A stretch of 64,000 bases of DNA from Perkinsela sp. CCAP 1560/9. Its lineage: Eukaryota; Protista; Euglenozoa: Kinetoplastea. The position numbers and the translations under genes are program-made. The DNA lies in the NCBI GenBank assembly GCA_965644495.1, contig CBFFSA010000013.1, forward strand, positions 1-64,000, in the 5' to 3' direction. How positions within the stretch are numbered: the stretch's first letter is position 1; each line of letters begins with the position of its first letter. Under the pieces are notes generated by a model that saw only the letters and a program-made list of their open reading frames with translations, searched no databases and was not told the origin of the DNA. Of this stretch, positions 34,360-43,433 are shown in pieces.

Positions 34360-36981
34360 TTATGCGGACAGTGTCTCTGCATCGCTCCATTGCGGGGAAT
34401 CACGCTTATGCCATAATAAGAAGCTGGAACGGATAGCAGCTCGGGAGAGTGACGCCCGACATTTAGCCCCCAAATCTTCGTCCCCTCCAAACAACCGATT
34501 AATATCCGCTGAGGAGGCTACCAGACCACCTCGTGCTCCAATTTCGAATACGAGGAGGTACGTGTTCGGGTGCACTGTTCGTCGTTCGTGTAATAGGGCG
34601 TTGTACTTGAGGCGTTTATATTCATTTGCCTGCATACAGTTTTCTTCCCAGGGGACAGTGAGCTCAACGATGAATTCTGTACCGTCAGTCAGTGCAACGA
34701 ATCCGTCTGGGCGTTGATGATTTGTATTGTTGTGCAGCCAGTGTGGTGGATTTCGGTGACCTAGTAGGTCAAAATGCTGGTATTTTGTATGCGGGGATTC
34801 TTGGATGCGTTTGGCCAGTTCAGCTAGCACTGTGTCGTGTCTGAGGGTATAACGCCCCTGATCAAGAGATGTTTTGCAACCTGAAATAACGTGTCGTACC
34901 GTCTGTGCTTCTTTTCCGCATACCACACATGTCGCATTTGAGAAGTGAAGGCCACATGTCCGAAGGTTTGACTTTGAGGGTAAAGGAGTGGTAAGTAGAA
35001 CCGAGGTCGCAAAACGTGTTAGCTTCGTGCTGTTCAGATTGTTCAGTACGGCGGAAAACTCCTTCGCAAGTTCAGTTTCGGAAGGTGTTGTCCACCATTG
35101 GGCTGCGACCGGTGCTCGTTTCTGAAGGTCTTGTACAATTTTCGCTTCGTAATATTCCCCCATGATTTGTTTGGCGCGTTTTGCGTCGTTTAGATGTTGG
35201 AGGATTTCGCATGCTGGTCGTAGTTGCCCTCTAGCTCGCCTGTTTTGCTCCTCTTCAATGCGGGAACGTAGCGCTGCTTGGACATTGATGTCTCTGGATT
35301 TATTCATTTGAGTCATCGCGGTGGCAGTGCATTCGAACCAAAGCTTAGAGAGTGCTGTTAGGCCCCAACCGCGATCTGAGTACAGGACTTCTGTGCTACC
35401 TTTAGAGGCCATGTTGATCCATTTCCTAATGTAGGAGGTTGCCGTCTTCTGGAGTCGAAGTATAAAGTTGAACGTTATGCATGGATGGACCGTGAAAGCA
35501 TATCGTAGGCGAGCGAGCATGACATTTTGATAGATCCATAGTTTTTCAGGTAGCGTATGTGCGCTTCGGTGCACATTTTGTAACCAAGTCTTAAGTTTCG
35601 CGTTCAACTTTTTATATAGCTCTCTGGCTTGTTGTGCTCCAGGGGCCAGTGTCATTCCCAGGAAGGCACTACCTCTGTCGCAAATGTGGGGAATCGGATC
35701 TCCGTCACATTCAATCTTTGGCCGCCTCGTCATATATCCTGGATGTTCCGTTCCCGCTCGAATGGCCATACATTGTACCCTACTTTTTTCGACGTTGATA
35801 GACAATCCAATGCGTCTAAGGACGATAGAGAGTGATTGTATTGCATTGTTCATGTCGAAATCACTTGACGTAATTATCGTAAGGTCATCAACATAAGCCT
35901 TTAGGAAGTGCTTTGGTGTATCGGGGTAGGATATGCCATAGTACGGGCATGTGCGACGCATGTAGCGGAGGACGATCTCCATCGCAATATTGAAGAGCAC
36001 TGGGGATAGAGTATCACCTTGTAGTACGCCACGTTGCACTGCGATTTCCTTGGTTAGTCCTTGGTCGCATTTGAATCTCGTAGTGGCTGAGAGATACATG
36101 CCTTTGATGTATTCAATGATTTCGGGTGACACGCGCGCCCAGGTGAGAGCTTCGAATATGCTGTCGTGGGAAAGCGAACCGAATGCGTTTCTGAGGTCGA
36201 TCTGGGCCAGACAGTACTGATTCTTCTTGCGCTGATGATGTTGCAGCAGGTTACACAGTGTTTGGGTGTGTTCCAGAGTTCCATTCATCCGTGGTAGAAA
36301 CCCCTTTTGGATAGTCGTCTCAATGACTCCTGAGCTTACAGCATGGTCCAGGAGTTGGTGTCCTATGATGCTGTGAAGAAGTTTTCCCAGACAGCTTGTG
36401 AGTGCTATGGGCCGCCAGTTCCTAGGTATTTTAGGGTCTCCACCTTTGTGGATAAGACGCGTGATCGCTAGAGACCACGACGTGGGGCATGTCCCGAATT
36501 TTATTAAGTCATTAAACATTTTGGCCAGGGAGCTGTATAGTGCTGGGCATCGTTTTAGCGCTGCGTTTGTGATTGTATCTTGCCCTGGTGAGCTAGAGCC
36601 CCGTTTGCTTGAGATGGCATTGACGATTGTTTCGGCTGTTACTGGTATCCACGTCATTTCGTTGGTGGCTCTAGGGCCTAGTATATCGAAGTTAGGGAGC
36701 CGGAGAGTGTCGCGCTCTTTCGTTAGGGTTTGACTGAAATGTTCCTCTATTTCGAGCATTGTACAGCTTGGGTATTGCGTGTTTGTGACTTCATCCTCAC
36801 TGGGTCTGTCCATGGCTTCAGCAGCCGCAGTCCATGGGTTTCTTGAGAAACGTTCATGCGCCCATCTACCTTCTAACGCTCGGCGTTGCACGTCGGCCTC
36901 GTCTGCGTAGATTCTTTCTAGCTTCTTGTTTTCTTTGATTTGGCGGGGTAAGGTACAGTGTATTTCGGGCTTCCGTGCCAT
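34360..36981 (-). CDS. Reverse transcriptase - CCHC knuckle - restriction-like endonuclease
   Basis: WRPIALTS, QKGF, IDLRNAFGS, GVLQGDTLSP, YVDD, CVVC..H..C, RYTLRHD, RPDG, VELTVPWEE, KRLKY and EIGARG are all present and uninterrupted. Confidence 0.93.
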   Translation of the reverse strand: MARKPEIHCTLPRQIKENKKLERIYADEADVQRRALEGRWAHERFSRNPWTAAAEAMDRPSEDEVTNTQYPSCTMLEIEEHFSQTLTKERDTLRLPNFDILGPRATNEMTWIPVTAETIVNAISSKRGSSSPGQDTITNAALKRCPALYSSLAKMFNDLIKFGTCPTSWSLAITRLIHKGGDPKIPRNWRPIALTSCLGKLLHSIIGHQLLDHAVSSGVIETTIQKGFLPRMNGTLEHTQTLCNLLQHHQRKKNQYCLAQIDLRNAFGSLSHDSIFEALTWARVSPEIIEYIKGMYLSATTRFKCDQGLTKEIAVQRGVLQGDTLSPVLFNIAMEIVLRYMRRTCPYYGISYPDTPKHFLKAYVDDLTIITSSDFDMNNAIQSLSIVLRRIGLSINVEKSRVQCMAIRAGTEHPGYMTRRPKIECDGDPIPHICDRGSAFLGMTLAPGAQQARELYKKLNAKLKTWLQNVHRSAHTLPEKLWIYQNVMLARLRYAFTVHPCITFNFILRLQKTATSYIRKWINMASKGSTEVLYSDRGWGLTALSKLWFECTATAMTQMNKSRDINVQAALRSRIEEEQNRRARGQLRPACEILQHLNDAKRAKQIMGEYYEAKIVQDLQKRAPVAAQWWTTPSETELAKEFSAVLNNLNSTKLTRFATSVLLTTPLPSKSNLRTCGLHFSNATCVVCGKEAQTVRHVISGCKTSLDQGRYTLRHDTVLAELAKRIQESPHTKYQHFDLLGHRNPPHWLHNNTNHQRPDGFVALTDGTEFIVELTVPWEENCMQANEYKRLKYNALLHERRTVHPNTYLLVFEIGARGGLVASSADINRLFGGDEDLGAKCRASLSRAAIRSSFLLWHKRDSPQWSDAETLSA

Positions 36982-38824
36982 GGGTGAATCTAAGGGATCG
37001 TTTCAGTCGTTGTATATGCTTGGATAGTTCTTGGTTCACTTTTTCTATGGCTAAAGGTCTGTATTTAAATTTGGAATGTCCTTGTTTTGTGCGAAGAACG
37101 AACCCTTTGGTGGGATTCACCTCTTGACTCACCTCAAAGGTTGATACAGCGATAGACGCGGCGAGTATAGCACCGTTCTCCTTTGCTAGGAACGCGTTTG
37201 CGGTGTCTTTGTGTAGGAGCTCCTTGCATCTCCCTAGGGCTCGCTTTTCTACTGAACGCCATTGATCATCGTTTAGTTTGACGCAGAGTTTCCCACCTTG
37301 AATGTCGTTGTGTTGTTGAAGTAGTTCATGCCTTTTCTTGTGTAAGGGATCGTCGTGGTTCGGTGCCGGGCAATGATTCGTTGCTTCTCCGGAGATATTC
37401 GTGGTATTTCTTGCATGCGTGGAAGATTGCAGTTGAGAGAGAGGCCCGTATATCTTGCAGCATCGGTGGGCGCATGAGAGCTTTTCTCGGCATGTGTGCT
37501 TGCAGGGTCCTTTTCCCCCCGCGCCTGGGTACCCAAATGTAACACAAGTCGTACTGGGTCGCGCTGCGTGGTTCGTGCTTTGATCTGGCTGTAAACTCGC
37601 GCTTTTGGGGGCTTCTTTGACGTCATTCTTCCTAGATATGTGCTTTGCTTCGTAGTGCTTCATAGTGCTGCGGTACTTCCAGTCACGCTCGGGGTCCTGT
37701 GTGGGGTCGTATCCTGACTGCATCGATCTCTCGCTTTTCTGTACTGCCTCGTTGACAGGGGCCCCTGCTTTTCTACCAGTTGCGAAAGCTTCACAGAGTT
37801 CAGAGACCCTACTAGTTGCCCATCCTGCCAACACTCCGACCTTTTCCAGAAAGGTTGTATCGTCATCATTCATGTCAGGCACTGGATTCGGGGTGGGCAG
37901 GTCGTTCACTGGGCCTTTGTACTGTGATGTTGCCGCTTTCTCTGCTCTTGAATGCGGGTTTCGCCGACTTCTAGTGGGCATGTCTGTGGCCTTCGGGGAG
38001 TGACCAAGTTCGCGAGTCGAGCTTCTCAAGTCCCATTTTAGCGTTCTGCCGGTGGTCGAGTTCAAATTCGTTGTGTCAAGGGTAGAGGTGCTTGCAGGTT
38101 CTTGATTGTGGGTAGGTCCAAATATTTTGCAACACTTGTGCAGGCACGTTAGCTTGCTAGAGCTTTTGTGTCTGCAGGGTCCTTTGAGAGGTTCCACGGT
38201 CTGTGGTTCGTTGGGTTTCGTAGAACGTGGCTTCGCAATTTGGAAAGGTGTGCCCTCTACTCTTTGTGCCGGTTGGTATGGTGTAATTTCGGTGTTGGAG
38301 TTTGTGTTTCGGGTAATTTTGATGGTAAACTTTTCAAGCCCCGGTACTTTAGCCCCGCTCACGGACTTCAGGACTGCTTTGCCTAGGGCGTTCGGGCTGG
38401 AGTACGAGTCGCTGATGCTAAGGTGGGGGTCATTGAATAGGGAAGTCCAGCTGGCGTGGTAGTACTTTTCCGATGGGTGCGAGTTTCTGCTAATTTCAAT
38501 GTAGTCGCAGGCATCGTGATGTATTAGTTCCTCGAGTGTAGCTGCCTCTATTATCAAATCATGTGGTGTTCCCTTGCCGTTGAGGGCCTTACTAAGTGCA
38601 GCTTCAGCACCTTGTTGTGAAGCGATGCGTTGTCTCACGAGATGACTAAGACAAGCGGACTTTATGTCGGGGTAGTAGTTCCAAAGCATACTATCCATCG
38701 TGCGTATTTTGACGGATCGTGCCCGGCTCTGGATGAAATGCAAAGACTGTTTCCGCGCAACGCCGGGTCCTTGAGGAAGGCCTGGTGTTGCATTTTCCTC
38801 CTGTGTGGCGGTTCTGGTTGTCAT
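36866..38824 (-). CDS. Retrotransposon N-terminal region / ORF1 with two Cys-His motifs
   Basis: 652-aa ORF directly after the SL and UTR, containing GPCRHKSSSKLTCLHKCCKIFGP and GPCKHTCREKLSCAHRCCKIYGP. Overlaps the RT ORF by 116 nt. Confidence 0.85.
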   Translation of the reverse strand: MTTRTATQEENATPGLPQGPGVARKQSLHFIQSRARSVKIRTMDSMLWNYYPDIKSACLSHLVRQRIASQQGAEAALSKALNGKGTPHDLIIEAATLEELIHHDACDYIEISRNSHPSEKYYHASWTSLFNDPHLSISDSYSSPNALGKAVLKSVSGAKVPGLEKFTIKITRNTNSNTEITPYQPAQRVEGTPFQIAKPRSTKPNEPQTVEPLKGPCRHKSSSKLTCLHKCCKIFGPTHNQEPASTSTLDTTNLNSTTGRTLKWDLRSSTRELGHSPKATDMPTRSRRNPHSRAEKAATSQYKGPVNDLPTPNPVPDMNDDDTTFLEKVGVLAGWATSRVSELCEAFATGRKAGAPVNEAVQKSERSMQSGYDPTQDPERDWKYRSTMKHYEAKHISRKNDVKEAPKSASLQPDQSTNHAARPSTTCVTFGYPGAGGKGPCKHTCREKLSCAHRCCKIYGPLSQLQSSTHARNTTNISGEATNHCPAPNHDDPLHKKRHELLQQHNDIQGGKLCVKLNDDQWRSVEKRALGRCKELLHKDTANAFLAKENGAILAASIAVSTFEVSQEVNPTKGFVLRTKQGHSKFKYRPLAIEKVNQELSKHIQRLKRSLRFTHGTEARNTLYLTPPNQRKQEARKNLRRRGRRATPSVRR

Positions 38825-38869
38825 GGAGGTTTCATACAGTTAGTACCAAGTAGAAAAATTAAAATAATT

Positions 38870-38898
38870 CAACAAGGTACAGAAACTGTATCTTTATC
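38870..38898 (-). other. Spliced-leader relic
   Basis: GATAAAGATACAGTTTCTGTACCTTGTTG contains the conserved kinetoplastid SL core ACAGTTTCTGTAC and a TTG end. Near-identical copies lie at 14535-14566 and 21556-21577. Confidence 0.85.
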
Positions 38899-40177
38899 AA
38901 CATACTCAGTGTAGGGGAAAGTTGACTCAAGTCAACGGGACCGGTGAATTGGTTTCCCGGGATGTTAAGACGCACCAGCGCCGGGGGAAGACTCGCAAGT
39001 TTGACCTCTTCTTGAAAAAGATTATCATACAGCACCACCTCCTCCAGGGAGACGGGAAGCGTGTCCCAGGGAATGCCCCCTGTGAGAAATGTTTTTGTGA
39101 GGTAGAGCATTTGCGTGGTTGCGGGAAGCGCCCTGAACTCCAGGTATCCTCTGTAAAAGTCGCGCAGGACAACCACGCGCAGCCTTCCCTGGGGGTCACA
39201 TCGGAACCCCTCCCAGGTACACTCCGAGACGGGCTCACGCCCACACCATGTGAAACGTGAGAGCACCCAGCTCGAGTGGGGGTTCTCAACGCGATGTACG
39301 AGACGCTCCATTTGCTCGTCATGAGGAAGAAGCGCTGCAATGACCTTTCCGCGACGAACGTGGACGTCGTCCACAGTATGGAGGAGAGAGAAGGCGAGGG
39401 TAGAAAGGAGGAATAAGGGCATGTAAAATATACGGGGAATGAATTGAATAAAAGAAAAAAGAAAGAAAATAAGTAAATAATGGAGGCAGTACTTACCGAG
39501 TTTAGGGATGCACTTACCGAGTTTAGGTATCTTAGAAAGTTTGTTGTGTCAAAGAAGAGTAATAGAACCGATAAAAGAAAATGGACTAATAATTTATCAT
39601 TCGTAATCTAATGAAAGTAGCATAAAAAATCAAAGAGATAAACCACATCAGAACGAAAAATTTGAATTTCGTATGTATCCTTTAAAATATCCACTTCTAA
39701 ATGAAAGTTCATAGGGAAGCAAGAGTACAACAACAAAATCAAAGAAAATATTTTACTTTTTCCACTTTTCTTCCGCGTAGTTTCATGCTTTTCGTTGGTA
39801 TAGCGGTGCCTAATCAATATTTACTACATGATCTTCAACTCAACACTTTATAAATTATTAATAATTCAGAATACTCTTTGTAAAATTTTATGACGTCAAA
39901 GTTCCTTGCGTCAAACAGATAAATAAATAAAAATGTTTGTCACGTCACGAACATTCGTTTTCTTTAGCTCAGGTATGTGCAAGGTACGTTTTTTCAATTA
40001 CAACATCGCCAATCTTTATGCAACATATCGTTTAGCAAGACCGCTGTATAAAGAACAATGCCTATAGGTACATTCAATTCATAAACACACTTTTTTAATC
40101 ATTTTTCAGGAATTTATTTTAGCAAGGTTTCTGCCTCAAGCAGGATAGAAGAACAGTCTGCAGGCTCTGAAATAATA

Positions 40178-41239
40178 TTACTTAAATCCGTAATTCGCAA
40201 TGATGGCCTTGATTTCATGTTTCACAACCGGCTTTAGACGCCAAAGACGCTTGAAATCAGTTTCATTTGAAAATCCTGTAGCAAGTCGTAATGAATGTCC
40301 GAGGTACTGGAGAGCAACCAGCTCGTTGATGGAAAACATCGCACTAATGGGTTCCACAAGTAAGCCAATGTAAGACGAATGTGGATATGCTTCATGGAGA
40401 GACTTAACACACGCTTGAGCGGAAGAAACTTCGTTTTCCAGCGTAGGACCCAATGCAGTGACTTTGCCGTCCAAGAATGTCAGAGCCACGAAGACGTTTT
40501 GTAGTTCGCGATTTCGAGCCCAGCGAAACAGGAAGGACAGATAACCGTTCGCTCCAGTCCAAAATGGATCGGCATACGGCAAAGAACCGTATCTGACCAA
40601 TGTTGCTCCGATTTTATTATACACCACGTTCAGAAGCGGAGAAAGGGGTTGCAAGTGTAAATATTTCGGATGAGAGTCAAGACCGTATTGTTTCTTCATC
40701 AAGGATGTCACAACAATTTGTTGACGAGCGAGAAATTCATTGTCAGTTCGCATACACAGATCACTGGCAATCGTTAAAATGGAGCTCGCAACCATGTTGA
40801 TCAAGTCGCTGGAAAAAGTTAGAATCTTGCTTTTCTGTACTTTCGTAAACACCGCAGTGCAGCACATATTTTTGTGGAAAGAACACATTGCGTTCAAAGG
40901 TAACTCACCGCAAATCACGCACAGCATGTTACAAATACAGTAAGAAATATCCACTTTCTTCCCAGCGGCTACCATGAGGCGTCCAATCGACCAAATCGTT
41001 TGTTTGCCTACTGGAATGAGAAACTTCCATGGCGGTTGCTTCACACCCATTTCAGAAACAAGTTCTGATGTCGGAGGAATGACTCCAAGTGGGATTTGTT
41101 GCAAATCTTCTTGAAGATCCATTACATGGGTTTTGTTGGATAGCGCTTCCTTGTGATTGATTGCTCCAATGCCTTGTGATTGGTTGCTTTCGTGCTTCAG
41201 GGAGCACTCCTTTGAAAAGACTTCAGGGTCAAGAGCCAT
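40178..41239 (-). CDS. Hypothetical protein
   Basis: Long ORF on the coding strand. ATG 41239 (MALDPEV) is preceded by a polypyrimidine tract and CAG, a likely trans-splice acceptor. Contains a Cys-rich patch. Confidence 0.7.
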   Translation of the reverse strand: MALDPEVFSKECSLKHESNQSQGIGAINHKEALSNKTHVMDLQEDLQQIPLGVIPPTSELVSEMGVKQPPWKFLIPVGKQTIWSIGRLMVAAGKKVDISYCICNMLCVICGELPLNAMCSFHKNMCCTAVFTKVQKSKILTFSSDLINMVASSILTIASDLCMRTDNEFLARQQIVVTSLMKKQYGLDSHPKYLHLQPLSPLLNVVYNKIGATLVRYGSLPYADPFWTGANGYLSFLFRWARNRELQNVFVALTFLDGKVTALGPTLENEVSSAQACVKSLHEAYPHSSYIGLLVEPISAMFSINELVALQYLGHSLRLATGFSNETDFKRLWRLKPVVKHEIKAIIANYGFK

Positions 41240-41456
41240 GTACCTGTGCTGTGAAAAAAAGAAATAGATCTGCAGTACAAAGATGAGTGACACAAGCAAG
41301 GACGAGGCAAGGATGAGGTAAATATGAATGATAGAATACAGCAAGGTATACAAGTTGTAGTTTTTCAACCTCTTTACCTTCAAGTTGTAGATTTTCAACC
41401 TCGCTAAAATTTAGTCAATAAGCGACAAGCAAATTACAAAACCGAGTCTTTCTGCA

Positions 41457-42188
41457 CTATACCATAACTCCTAGCCTTAAAAGCTCCTTGTACTTAGGGG
41501 AAAGGGTAAGTCGCTCGTCTCTGTACATACGAATGTCACCATTGCGCACAGTAATATTCGTTTCCTCGAAATCATGGTATCGAATGACCTTTGGAAGTTG
41601 TAAGATATCGATCTCACCACAAAGACCAGGATTATGACAAAACGTAATGGTTTCCAGAGTGCAAGGTAAATTTCCAAACGTCACCCCGCCACTGAACTTA
41701 TTGACCGCAAGATGCAACACTCGCATTTCGCAAGGTAAATTTCCAAATTGAGGTGTTCCAGAAAATCTGTTATGATTCATAACAAGGTCACGCATTGGAG
41801 GTGGTAGATTGTCGAACTCCACTTCTCCGATTAAATTATTCTGATTTAATACAAGAGAAACTACGGTACTGGGCAAGAATTCCCACCGCAAAAATCCTGA
41901 AAGACGAACAATATTTTTATAGGAGGATAAATAATCTCCGGAAAAATCAACGCGCATAATTTCGCCATGTTCATCACATGCCACGCCTTGCCATGTGCAA
42001 ACTGACACACTCTTGACACGCCCAAATATACTCTTCTTAGTTGCTCTCCACGACTTGGGCCTTTGCGTCAAATGTACCTTTGCGATAAAGCGTTCCAACA
42101 TGTCCATTTGTGGTAATAACATGGATGAAACCTTCCCACGACGAAAGTCAGAATCGACATCCGCTGTGTTCGAAACAATCATCTCCAT
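41457..42188 (-). CDS. Leucine-rich repeat protein
   Basis: RRGKVSS..LPQMDML cap, VCTWQGVAC and 4 LRRs. Confidence 0.9.
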   Translation of the reverse strand: MEMIVSNTADVDSDFRRGKVSSMLLPQMDMLERFIAKVHLTQRPKSWRATKKSIFGRVKSVSVCTWQGVACDEHGEIMRVDFSGDYLSSYKNIVRLSGFLRWEFLPSTVVSLVLNQNNLIGEVEFDNLPPPMRDLVMNHNRFSGTPQFGNLPCEMRVLHLAVNKFSGGVTFGNLPCTLETITFCHNPGLCGEIDILQLPKVIRYHDFEETNITVRNGDIRMYRDERLTLSPKYKELLRLGVMV

Positions 42189-42550
42189 CCTTCCCTAGAA
42201 AAAATCAGTGAATCTAAAGAGAAAAATAATGAGCAACACATTACTATTATACAGTAGTAGAGCGATACAGCATTATATTGCGTTTAGTACAAGAAAAACA
42301 TAAAAAGAGATATTCCAACTTACAAGAGCTTTGAAAACTTCGTGAAACCTTGCTGACTTCACCTTGGAGATTTCATTGGCCTTCAAGGTGAGAGATTTTT
42401 CCCCAATTCATATGAAGGTGCTGCTGATTCAACGATAGTGATGTCCGATTATGCCGGGTCTGTATAAAGAGATAACAGATTGTCGAAAGAAGCAGTTATA
42501 CGATATAAAGCACCACATTAACCAATTCGGCGGTCCTTGCTGTTTCAACA

Positions 42551-43246
42551 TTAATCGGAATAAAGGTATTTTATGACTGTGGCTTCGGTAGACCACAGTT
42601 CCCTCATACTTTTCCTATTCCAAATCACTATCTTTGTTCCTCCCATGTTGTACGTCGTTCGCTTTGGAATCACGCCTTCTTCCAACGTTCCCCCCAATTC
42701 GGCATTATTCTGCAGCCAAAGTATACGCAGTGAGTGAGGCATCTTACTAAAGTCCAACACCCCGTGAAACAAGTTATTCGAAAGTCCTAAGACATCCAGA
42801 TTCTGAGGAAGACTTGTTAAATCAGGGGTTCCAGTGAGCTCATTATCATTCACAAAGAGAGACTCAAGCTGGGACGGAAGGTTACCGATTTCCAATTCTC
42901 CGGTGAGTTTACTGAAAGTAACACTGAAATGCGTAAGAGACCTGGGTAAGTACTCCCAGTTAAGTGACCCACGTAACCCCAGAAACTCCCAGTGAATCGT
43001 TTCAAGCAGACCATCATCATTGCAACGCAGCCCTTTACGCTGACAAAGTGGCATAGTTGAGTCCCAGGAGTAATGCGGATTCTTCACGTTTTGAATAAGG
43101 TTTGCAAGTTCGTACTCTTGGGGAACATTACCCCGGACTTTTCCAGCCCGAGAAGCGGCACTGAAGTTGCTCGTTTCTGATGACATACAAAACTGAAGTT
43201 TAGTTGAATATGCAAGAAGACGTAAAAATAAGAAACTATACGACAT
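42551..43246 (-). CDS. Leucine-rich repeat protein
   Basis: RAGKVRGNVPQEYEL cap and 4 LRRs. The upstream ORF extension overlaps Scc2 and is probably not coding. Confidence 0.88.
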   Translation of the reverse strand: MSYSFLFLRLLAYSTKLQFCMSSETSNFSAASRAGKVRGNVPQEYELANLIQNVKNPHYSWDSTMPLCQRKGLRCNDDGLLETIHWEFLGLRGSLNWEYLPRSLTHFSVTFSKLTGELEIGNLPSQLESLFVNDNELTGTPDLTSLPQNLDVLGLSNNLFHGVLDFSKMPHSLRILWLQNNAELGGTLEEGVIPKRTTYNMGGTKIVIWNRKSMRELWSTEATVIKYLYSD

Positions 43247-43433
43247 TCTTTTTTCATTCAATGCAGAACAAGCAACTTCAATATTATTGCTGCCAAGTCT
43301 AAAGCACCGACTACATTTGACGAAGGCGTTAAAAAAGCCAATGAACTTTCGGTATACTCCTCCTTCCCGTAATACATGTACATGTGGTTGGCTTGACATA
43401 CCAAACTCTTGGATCATCCAGCCTCCGGAGGAA

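Larger units (their letters stand above)
34275..38897 (-). mobile_element. Full-length HERO-like (R2-group) non-LTR retrotransposon with 5' spliced leader
   Basis: SL-like 38897-38870, short UTR, ORF 38824-36866, ORF 36981-34360, 3' UTR and a (TCA)4 tail. Confidence 0.92.
33905..39422 (-). pseudogene. LRR gene split by a full-length retrotransposon
   Basis: The 5' part 39422-38895 (signal-like N-terminus, RRGKV cap) ends LSPTLSML(I). The 3' part from 34274 reads LSENRFFGTITLDSLPQGL..., with a late frameshift near 34010. Confidence 0.88.

Noticed and set aside
24054-39422. Diversity-generating retroelement (RT next to variable LRR genes)
   Set aside because: The RT is non-LTR type with a REL endonuclease, I saw no template/variable repeat pair with adenine-specific mismatches, and the insertions disrupt the genes.
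39489-39527. Telomere-like TTTAGGG
   Set aside because: Only a 17-bp local duplication (ACTTACCGAGTTTAGG), not a telomeric array.
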